The notes beneath the pieces are model-generated. The model was not told where the DNA came from, did not search any database, and saw only the letters and a program-made list of their open reading frames with translations. A stretch of 64,000 nt of DNA, from positions 64,743 to 128,742 of the forward strand of contig JAZUMQ010000049.1 in NCBI GenBank assembly GCA_045603745.1. The letters are read 5' to 3'. This document shows, piece after piece, positions 58,301 through 64,000 of the stretch. The first letter of the stretch is position 1. Every line of letters begins with the position of its first letter. Both the position numbers and the translations under genes were made by a program. The stretch is from Eubacteriales bacterium (GTDB lineage Bacteria; Bacillota; Clostridia; Oscillospirales; UBA644).

Positions 58301-58382
58301 ATTCTACGGACACCCCTCGCAACGCGGCAACTTTTTCTCCGCCGGCAGGATACTCTTTGACAATGTTTGTCAACCGTAACAT
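55377..58382 (-). CDS. Fused ABC transporter ATP-binding / FtsX-type permease protein (MacB-like)
   Basis: Starts at ATG 58380-58382 (MLRLTNIVKEYPAGGEKVAALRGV...). Walker A GPSGCGKTT, signature MSGGQMQR, Walker B ILLADEPT. One TM is followed by ~600 aa of extracytoplasmic sequence and a C-terminal FtsX 3-TM module. Confidence 0.9.
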   Translation of the reverse strand: MLRLTNIVKEYPAGGEKVAALRGVSVEFRKNEFVAILGPSGCGKTTLLNIIGGLDQYTDGDLSINGVSTKKYKDADWDAYRNHSIGFVFQSYNLIPHQSVLNNVELALTISGVSKKERRAKAVEALKKVGLGDQLKKRPNQMSGGQMQRVAIARALVNDPEILLADEPTGALDSETSVQVMDLLKEIAHDRLVIMVTHNPELAEQYATRTVRLLDGKIIDDSAPYTAEEIPDFVPEKKEKKKKTKKPSMSFFTALSLSLKNLLTKKGRTVLTSFAGSIGIIGIALIYAVSQGMTAYINAVQEDTLSSYPLTIEATNVDLTTLMETFMGMASNTGDDHDKNAVYSQSVLFEMINAMNNLETTENDLKSFKEFIDTQLKSEDSRLNEALSGVQYTYDLNLLVYTKNVNGNIIYSDTRELLSKAMAENFGMDMSPMMGMGGASSPMSSMTTLSPAASSMNLWTEILSAKDGGLISPVVKNQYEIIDGGSWPDEANEIVLVVDENNELDDLTLYALGLESEETINALFDAVLDGEELNIQQKSWSYEELREMEFRVILNSDCYTFDPKTGYYTDLRDTEAGLRYLYDNAMTLKVSGIVRPREEATSAMLTGSIGYTKALTELIIEHSKDSAAIQAQQKDLHTDIFTGLPFKETTGNLTDEEKEAEFRAYVSGLSESGKAEAYVKIMSIPSEEYLTNALSQAMANVTRQTMETSLLQTLTQQMGVNEEEVSDYISSMSDEDLTELYEQMVTEGIKMQYAAGVQKQMATMEPAMKVAALEIALPTYTTTQCAIYYEEVLVFSESSYEANLIELGCLDLEDPATVNLYASTFENKDVIEEVIAEYNGTVDELSQIRYTDYIGIMMSSITTIINAITYVLIAFVAISLIVSSIMIGVITLISVQERTKEIGILRAIGASKRNVSSMFNAETMIIGFASGLIGVGVTYLLCIPINLILNALTGISNLKAILPLPTAVILVVISVLLTLISGIIPSRSAAKKDPVVALRTE

Positions 58383-58566
58383 ACGAATCAACCTTTCTAA
58401 AGAGAGAAACAATTCTATTTTCCTTAAGTAGGTACTATCATATCATATTTTTTCCCGGTTTTCAATGGGAAAATTGGTATTTTTTTCAATTTACACAGAA
58501 AATTAAATTTTTCGTTCCATTCAAACGGAAAAAGCGGGAAGAATTTTTTCTTTTCCGAACTCTCCT

Positions 58567-58595
58567 CTTGCCTTTTTGGGAAGAATATGTTATAA
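58567..58595 (+). promoter_or_regulatory. Promoter of ylmH-like gene
   Basis: TTGCCT (58567-58572), 17 nt, TGtTATAAT (-10 at 58590-58595). Confidence 0.55.
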
Positions 58596-58639
58596 TGGGA
58601 TATATTGTAACACTTGAACACAGAAACGGAAGAAACGCC

Positions 58640-59410
58640 ATGGCATTGAAAAACAACAACGCTGCAGGCGAAGAAGAAAAAATCCTCGTCGCCCGGATTT
58701 TAGATGCGGCACGGCTCTGCGAAAAACGAAACTGCCCAATTTATACAGATTTTCTTTCCCCTGCCCAACAGGTATTGGCATTAAAAACCGCACAATCCTT
58801 GAGTTTTTTGGACTTTCAACTTTGGGGTGGGTACGAAAACGCCGAGCGAAAAATGGGTGCATTTATACCAAAACGGTTTGAAGAACCGGAATATCCCATC
58901 ACTGTATTGGCGTTAAAGACCCGAGGCGAATATCCGGCACACCCGGAGATTTTAGGGGCTTTGACCGGTCTTGGAATCCGGCGAGAAAAAATTGGAGATA
59001 TTCTGACCGGAACGGAACCGCCGAAATTGATTTGCGATTCTTCCATCGCACCGTTTTTGATTGAAAACTTTACAAAAGCGGGGCGAAAGGCCTTTCACCC
59101 GGAAGAATGTGAGATCGGAAAAGTACCGGAAGCGGAACACGAGATCAAAACCTTCACCGTACCATCTCTCCGTCTGGATTGCGTAGCGGCGGACGGCTTT
59201 GGCATGGCACGGACGAAAATGGCAGAACTAATCAAAAAGGGCGGGGCTTCCCTAAACTGGGTTGAAACCGACTCCCCTTCCGCATCGGTTCAACAGGGAG
59301 ACACCATCTCCCTTCGGGGACACGGACGGCTTGTGGTCTCCGAAATCGGTGGACACAGTCGAAAAGACAGAATCTTCGTGACGGTCAAAAAATTCACCAC
59401 CCGAAAATGA
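58640..59410 (+). CDS. ylmH: YlmH-like RNA-binding protein (S4 domain)
   Basis: I start it at ATG 58640 (MALKNNNAAGEEEKILVARILD...) because earlier ATGs lie in or upstream of the promoter. About 256 aa with a C-terminal S4 fold (RLDCVAADGFGMARTKMAELIKKGGASLNW). Confidence 0.8.
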   Translation: MALKNNNAAGEEEKILVARILDAARLCEKRNCPIYTDFLSPAQQVLALKTAQSLSFLDFQLWGGYENAERKMGAFIPKRFEEPEYPITVLALKTRGEYPAHPEILGALTGLGIRREKIGDILTGTEPPKLICDSSIAPFLIENFTKAGRKAFHPEECEIGKVPEAEHEIKTFTVPSLRLDCVAADGFGMARTKMAELIKKGGASLNWVETDSPSASVQQGDTISLRGHGRLVVSEIGGHSRKDRIFVTVKKFTTRK

Positions 59411-59442
59411 TTTTTAAAACCTATTTTTAAGGAACGATATTT

Positions 59443-60516
59443 ATGTTTGAAAAATTACAGGAGATCGAACAAAACTATATCCAAAACGAGGCATTGCTCT
59501 GCGACGTTTCGGTATTGTCCGACCCCAATCGTCTGCGGGAATTGACCAAAAAGCAAAAGCAAACGGAGGAATTGGTGGAACAATACCGTCAATGGAAGGT
59601 ATGGAAGCAACAAGCGGAAGAAGCGGAAGAATTGCTGAACGGCGACGACGGAGAATTGAGGGCACTGGCAAAAGAAGAATTGCTAGCAGCAAAAGAACAG
59701 ATGCGTATTGCCGAAGAAAGATTAAAAATTTTGCTGATCCCCAAAGACCCGGACGATGAAAAGAGCGTTATTCTGGAACTTCGTGCCGGAACCGGAGGCG
59801 AAGAAGCGGCGTTGTTTGCTGGCTCTTTGTTGCGTATGTATACCATGTACGCCGAAAAAAAAGGATTTAAGGTTGAAGTATTGTCGGTCAATGAAACCAC
59901 CTTGGGAGGCATCAAAGAAGCGGTAGTCTCTTTGGAAGGAAACGGAGCCTTCGGTCGGGTAAAATTTGAAAGCGGCGTGCATCGGGTTCAACGAGTACCG
60001 GAGACTGAATCCCAAGGACGGATTCAGACCTCGGCGGCGACGGTGGCGGTGCTGCCCGAAGCGGAAGAAGTGGACGTGGAGATCGACCCGAAGGATCTTT
60101 TGATTGAATCCCACCGTTCCGGCGGAGCAGGCGGTCAGCACGTAAACAAGACCGAATCTGCGATTCGCATTATCCATATTCCCACGGGAATTGCGGTAGA
60201 TTGCCAAGACGAGCGCAGTCAATACAAAAATAAAGACAAAGCCATGAAAATTTTGCGCTCCCGGATTTTGGAACAAAAACGGGCGGAGCAGGAATCGGAG
60301 ATCACCTCGGCACGGCGCTCTCAAGTTGGTTCGGGGGATCGAAGTGAACGAATCCGTACCTATAATTTTCCCCAAGGGCGGGTGACCGATCACCGGATCG
60401 GGTTGACCCTTTATAAAATTCAAGCCATTATGGACGGAGATCTGGACGAGTTGATCGACGCGCTGATCACCGCCGAACAGGCAGAAAAATTGAGAGCAAA
60501 CGGAGAGAACGTATGA
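59443..60516 (+). CDS. prfA: Peptide chain release factor 1
   Basis: 357 aa with a PET-type tripeptide (RVPETE) in place of canonical PxT, and GGQ ([15 protein letters not shown]). Confidence 0.95.
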   Translation: MFEKLQEIEQNYIQNEALLCDVSVLSDPNRLRELTKKQKQTEELVEQYRQWKVWKQQAEEAEELLNGDDGELRALAKEELLAAKEQMRIAEERLKILLIPKDPDDEKSVILELRAGTGGEEAALFAGSLLRMYTMYAEKKGFKVEVLSVNETTLGGIKEAVVSLEGNGAFGRVKFESGVHRVQRVPETESQGRIQTSAATVAVLPEAEEVDVEIDPKDLLIESHRSGGAGGQHVNKTESAIRIIHIPTGIAVDCQDERSQYKNKDKAMKILRSRILEQKRAEQESEITSARRSQVGSGDRSERIRTYNFPQGRVTDHRIGLTLYKIQAIMDGDLDELIDALITAEQAEKLRANGENV

Positions 60517-61163
60517 AGCAATACGATACCGTTCTTTTTGACTTGGACGGAACCTTGACCGATCCGGGGGTGGGCATCACAAAATCCGTGGAATACGCCC
60601 TGAACCGATACGGCATTTTCGTGGAAGATCGGGCGATTCTGTACCCCTTTATCGGTCCGCCGTTGATTGATTCGTTTATGAAATATTACGATTTTTCCAA
60701 GGAACAAGCGGTAGAGGCGGTGGAAGTGTACCGGGAATATTTCCGGGTCAAAGGGTTGTTTGAAAACGAAGTTTATCCCGGTGTGAAAGAAATGCTAAAG
60801 GCGTTGAAAGCTGCGAAAAGAACTCTCTTGGTGGCGTCGTCCAAGCCGGAAGAATTCGTCTTAACCATCTTAAAACACTTTGATCTTCTCCCCTATTTCG
60901 ATTTCGTGGGCGGAGCGTCTATGGACGAAGTGAGATCGAAAAAAGAGGACGTTCTTCGGTACGTTCTGAAGCAAGCAAACGTCACCGACCCCGCAACCGC
61001 CATTATGGTGGGAGATCGGAAATTCGACGTTCAGGGTGCCCACACCTTCGGCATGGACGCCATCGGTGTCACCTACGGCTACGGCAGTTTGGAAGAACTG
61101 ACCGAAGCACAACCGGAGTATTTGGCAGATTCTCCGGCGGAGGTAGGAACAATTTTGATTTGA
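60513..61163 (+). CDS. HAD-IA family hydrolase (phosphoglycolate phosphatase-like)
   Basis: 216 aa: [30 protein letters not shown] overlap with prfA. Confidence 0.85.
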   Translation: MKQYDTVLFDLDGTLTDPGVGITKSVEYALNRYGIFVEDRAILYPFIGPPLIDSFMKYYDFSKEQAVEAVEVYREYFRVKGLFENEVYPGVKEMLKALKAAKRTLLVASSKPEEFVLTILKHFDLLPYFDFVGGASMDEVRSKKEDVLRYVLKQANVTDPATAIMVGDRKFDVQGAHTFGMDAIGVTYGYGSLEELTEAQPEYLADSPAEVGTILI

Positions 61164-61318
61164 CGAGGGTGTCCTTTCTTTCTTTTTCGGGAAAAAGAAA
61201 GAAAGAACCAAAGAAAGAAAAAGCGAAATCCGACGGATTTTATCCGTCGGGGAAAAAGTATATAAAATTGATAAGGGAGACCGCAAAACAGACGGTCTCC
61301 CTATTTTTCTAATATTAC

Positions 61319-61525
61319 TTATTCTTCATTCGGAATATACACAACAACATCTTCCACACGGCAATTTAAAATCTGACACAGATCGTTCAAAGTCTCCGTT
61401 GTGATAGGTTTGTTATGTTTCAAACGATTCAATAAACTTCTACTCAATCCATATTGTTCAACTAATCGATAGGTAGAAACACTTTTTTCTTTCATTGTCC
61501 GATACAGCGGTTCATAAGAAATCAT
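61319..61525 (-). CDS. XRE/Cro-type helix-turn-helix regulator (68 aa)
   Basis: MISYEPLYRTMKEKSVSTYRLVEQYGLSRSLLNRLKHNKPITTETLNDLCQILNCRVEDVVVYIPNEE, a short HTH_26-like layout. SD GAGGAGGAA. Confidence 0.8.
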   Translation of the reverse strand: MISYEPLYRTMKEKSVSTYRLVEQYGLSRSLLNRLKHNKPITTETLNDLCQILNCRVEDVVVYIPNEE

Positions 61526-61576
61526 ATCTCATTCCTCCTCTGTATATTATACCCTATACTCTCTTTTACGACAATA

Positions 61577-61588
61577 TCGATATATCGA
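61577..61588. promoter_or_regulatory. Perfect 12-bp palindrome, candidate operator in the divergent region
   Basis: TCGATATATCGA lies immediately upstream of the HTH gene's -35 (minus strand TTGTCG-17-TATAAT) and 57 nt from the divergent TTGACA. Confidence 0.45.
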
Positions 61589-61644
61589 ACATGTCAAAAA
61601 TTAAAACTTTTTGCGACGTAATCTAAAACAATACACTCTTTATA

Positions 61645-61673
61645 TTGACAATGTTCTATTTATAGAGTATAAT
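61645..61673 (+). promoter_or_regulatory. Perfect consensus promoter for the small-protein/lipoprotein pair
   Basis: TTGACA (61645-61650), 17 nt, TATAAT (61668-61673), then SD GAGGAGG and ATG 61693. Confidence 0.65.
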
Positions 61674-61692
61674 CATGTAGAGGAGGTGTATT

Positions 61693-61887
61693 ATGGACAT
61701 AATTCGAATCAATCATATTCTTATGAACATGGGCGGTTCCACTTGTAGTCAATCTTATTTAATCAACAAGAAAATTTGTTCTCTTGCCGAAATAAACGAG
61801 TTGATTCAAAATGGAATTCTTATCCAAAACAACATCAATGGATCAATTCGCTTAACAAAAACAGAAAAAGCAAAGAAAATTTGGTAA
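61693..61887 (+). CDS. Hypothetical 64-aa protein
   Basis: Strong SD (GTAGAGGAGGTG). MDIIRINHILMNMGGSTCSQSYLINKKICSLAEINELIQNGILIQNNINGSIRLTKTEKAKKIW. No motif recognised. Confidence 0.6.
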   Translation: MDIIRINHILMNMGGSTCSQSYLINKKICSLAEINELIQNGILIQNNINGSIRLTKTEKAKKIW

Positions 61888-61905
61888 ACATTAGGAGATT
61901 TTAGA

Positions 61906-62304
61906 ATGAAAAAAATCGCAGTATTTCTTTTAGCCAGCATTTTAGCGCTTGCATTTTTTACAGCTTGTTCCCCTGAACCAGAAAGTATAACTACTAATAC
62001 AGAAGAAATTAGTAGCAAACAAGATACGACATCTGTACTTCCTTCTGAAGAAGAAAAAATGAGCATTGCAGAAAACTTAGCTGAACGGTATATTCAAGGA
62101 GACCGTACAGATATCAAAGATATTACATTTACCAGAAAAATAAAGTCCGGCTCTTTTCCTAACACAGAATTTAGGTTCCGTGGTTATTACGTTATAGCTG
62201 GATTCTATTACGATCTCACCTGCACCTTTACAATAGAGGTGGCAGTTGACCTCTATGGAAACCCCAAAATCACATCCTATGAAGTAAGCAATCCAAAAAG
62301 ATAA
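61906..62304 (+). CDS. Hypothetical lipoprotein (132 aa)
   Basis: SD AGGAG. Signal peptide plus lipobox (LALAFFTAC), an S/T/E-rich linker and a small beta-rich C-domain. Confidence 0.7.
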   Translation: MKKIAVFLLASILALAFFTACSPEPESITTNTEEISSKQDTTSVLPSEEEKMSIAENLAERYIQGDRTDIKDITFTRKIKSGSFPNTEFRFRGYYVIAGFYYDLTCTFTIEVAVDLYGNPKITSYEVSNPKR

Positions 62305-62339
62305 CATGTCTTATTCTTGCACAATTACCTAAATTAAAC

Positions 62340-62379
62340 AAGGTGCATACCACAAACGTGATATGCACCTTAATTTTTT
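62340..62379 (+). terminator. Terminator after the lipoprotein gene
   Basis: AAGGTGCATA-12 nt-TATGCACCTT followed by AATTTTTT. Confidence 0.7.
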
Positions 62380-62470
62380 ACTCTCCCGATGCAAGAATTG
62401 CATCGGACTCAGCTTTTCTTTTTGGTACTTTTTCCTTTCACGAAAAGGAAAAGCACCACCTCTCCCCTTC

Positions 62471-63940
62471 TTACTTCTGTTTCGCTAACCATTCCTTGCG
62501 GCGGCGGGCGGAGTCCCGTTTGGGCTTGGTGAACCAGAGAAGGACGAGGCACGCCCCGACGAGGATCAAAACGAACATCATCAAAAGTCCTGCAGAGATA
62601 TCGTTGGCTTTGAATTGAGACCACATAGTCAGAACTGCGTCGTTCCGGTCTCCGAAATCCCGCATAATAAAGCAGCGATCCACCACTTCTTTTTCGGGAT
62701 ACTGGGCAGAGAATTGCCGTCCGATCTCGGCGGTCTGAACAAGGATTTTTCCGTCCTCGGACAGATAATCTTCCGAGAGAGTTCCTTGGAAATAATAGGT
62801 CAGATCCACGGTGTATTCGCCCTCGTCGTCTCCGTACCAATCCTGAACCAAGTCAAAAATTTCATTTCCGGCAATAACGCTGGTGTAACCGATAAATTCC
62901 ATATTCCGGGCAGCAACGGAAGGTTGACAAAGGTAATTAACAAAATCGTGGGCAAGTTCGGTATTTGCCCCCTTGGGCATGACCCAACCGTCAAACCAGA
63001 CCGAACCGCCGTCTTCGGGAACGGAGAAATTGAGAAGAACGCCGTCTTCCTCCTCCGCTAAGTCCATGGAATAGACGGCATCGCCCGACCACGCCTGATT
63101 GATGTCGATCTTTCCGGAAACGATGTCGCTCTTTCCGCTGTCCACTTCCAGTCCGTAAATGTTATTCTTCATAGACTTCAAAGCGGCACCGGCGGCGGCG
63201 ATGGTATCGTCATCGGTGCGGTTCATCAAATCACCCAACGCGGTGCGGTATTCCTGCAAGGTAACGCTTCCCTCTTCCAGTCGCCGGTTCCAGGATTCGA
63301 TCTCCTCTTTGTAAGCGGCAACCACGGCGGGAATGTAGGCGTCCCGGACGGAATCCTTGATGGTGATGCGGTTTTTATAATCCGTATTCCAGAGAATTTC
63401 CCAAGATTTGGTATCTTCTTCCGCTACGGCTTCGGGATTGTAAATGATTCCCACCGTACCCCACATATAACCGACGGAATATTGGTCGAATTCGTTTTCT
63501 TCAAACACTTGCTTAATATAGGGAGAAGCGTATTTCGTATAATTTTCCAACTTGGAATAATCGAATTTTTCCAGCGCAATATTATCGTCGGTTCCCTGTT
63601 CGGTGGCGGCGATCATTTTCTGAATTACGTAATCGGAAGGACAAACCAGATCGTACTGAGACTTTCCGGTTTTCAAGGTGTTGAGCATGGTTTCGTTGGT
63701 TTCAAAGGTATCGTATTGGACGCTGACCTTGACCCCGGTGCGGGAATAATAATCTTCCGCCCAATCTTCCATCACGGAAGGAATGACTTTCGTTCCGTTT
63801 TCGTCGGTGCCGTCGTCGATATAATCCTGCCAGTTATAGACCCGCAAGGTTACTTCCGCGGCGTGCACCGAGATACCGGTCATCGAAACAAGAGACACAA
63901 CCAACGCAAAACAAAGCCCGAGAGATAACATCTTTTTCAT
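62471..63940 (-). CDS. potD: Spermidine/putrescine-type ABC substrate-binding protein with a C-terminal TM anchor
   Basis: 489 aa with a type-I signal peptide (VHA-AE) and a PotD-like core (LRVYNWQDYI..., YDLVCPSDY). The C-terminus is LLMMFVLILVGACLVLLWF followed by KPKRDSARRRKEWLAKQK. Confidence 0.85.
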   Translation of the reverse strand: MKKMLSLGLCFALVVSLVSMTGISVHAAEVTLRVYNWQDYIDDGTDENGTKVIPSVMEDWAEDYYSRTGVKVSVQYDTFETNETMLNTLKTGKSQYDLVCPSDYVIQKMIAATEQGTDDNIALEKFDYSKLENYTKYASPYIKQVFEENEFDQYSVGYMWGTVGIIYNPEAVAEEDTKSWEILWNTDYKNRITIKDSVRDAYIPAVVAAYKEEIESWNRRLEEGSVTLQEYRTALGDLMNRTDDDTIAAAGAALKSMKNNIYGLEVDSGKSDIVSGKIDINQAWSGDAVYSMDLAEEEDGVLLNFSVPEDGGSVWFDGWVMPKGANTELAHDFVNYLCQPSVAARNMEFIGYTSVIAGNEIFDLVQDWYGDDEGEYTVDLTYYFQGTLSEDYLSEDGKILVQTAEIGRQFSAQYPEKEVVDRCFIMRDFGDRNDAVLTMWSQFKANDISAGLLMMFVLILVGACLVLLWFTKPKRDSARRRKEWLAKQK

Positions 63941-63999
63941 CGTCTGCCTCCCTCCCCTTTGCCGCGCCCTTTTCGGAGATTAACAAGAATGAGAAGCGC
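63937..63999 (-). CDS. 3' end of an upstream gene, probably the ABC permease (potC-like); partial
   Basis: The frame is open from the window edge (...ALLILVNLRKGRGKGEGGRR-stop). ATGA overlap with potD. Assignment is by context only. Confidence 0.4.
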   Translation of the reverse strand, partial: ALLILVNLRKGRGKGEGGRR

Positions 64000-64000
64000 C

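Overview
Dense chromosomal window of about 64 kb, roughly 50% GC by eye. Gene content looks Firmicutes/Clostridia-like (fhs, PurO-type IMP cyclohydrolase, YlmH, Asp23/YloV, a possible SpoIIM-like membrane protein). I call about 60 protein genes, 2 tRNAs (Pro-GGG, Leu-CAA), 2 pseudogenes and many near-consensus TTGACA-17-TATAAT promoters. Most of it is housekeeping: asnS, ftsK, ygiQ, hflX, galT, an ArsR/HMA/P1B-ATPase metal module, nrdR, xpaC-telA, ispD, rpe, radA, tadA, murI, prmC, yloV/asp23, an alcohol dehydrogenase, dacB-like, a fused ABC/FtsX exporter, ylmH, prfA and potD. The centre is a 14-kb minus-strand purine operon (purE-C-F-M-N, PurO-like, AICARFT-only purH, purD, purL, fhs, rdgB) driven by a consensus promoter and a ZTP (pfl-motif) riboswitch. 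Five things do not fit the backbone. (1) An AT-rich islet at 16.4-17.7 kb encodes a cytoplasmic barnase-type RNase fused to the C-terminal zinc-knuckle of a phage MuF/SPP1-gp7 domain, plus a barstar immunity gene, with no prophage context. (2) A four-helix-bundle (23S rRNA IVS-protein family) gene cassette sits inside the pur operon between purH and purD. It is bracketed by inverted arrays of five phased heptamers (AGTGAAG / CTTCACT) and carries an in-frame TGA at the conserved Trp. (3) A gene-less inverted heptamer array of the same design (ATTATTC / GAATAAT) lies downstream of tRNA-Pro. (4) A second AT-rich islet at 61.2-62.5 kb holds an XRE HTH, a divergent small protein and a lipoprotein. 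(5) There are several unusual fusions or splits: TadA-GNAT, split HMA/ATPase, split PurH, and a PotD-like binding protein with a C-terminal TM anchor. All functional calls rest on by-eye motif and homology recognition; no searches were run.
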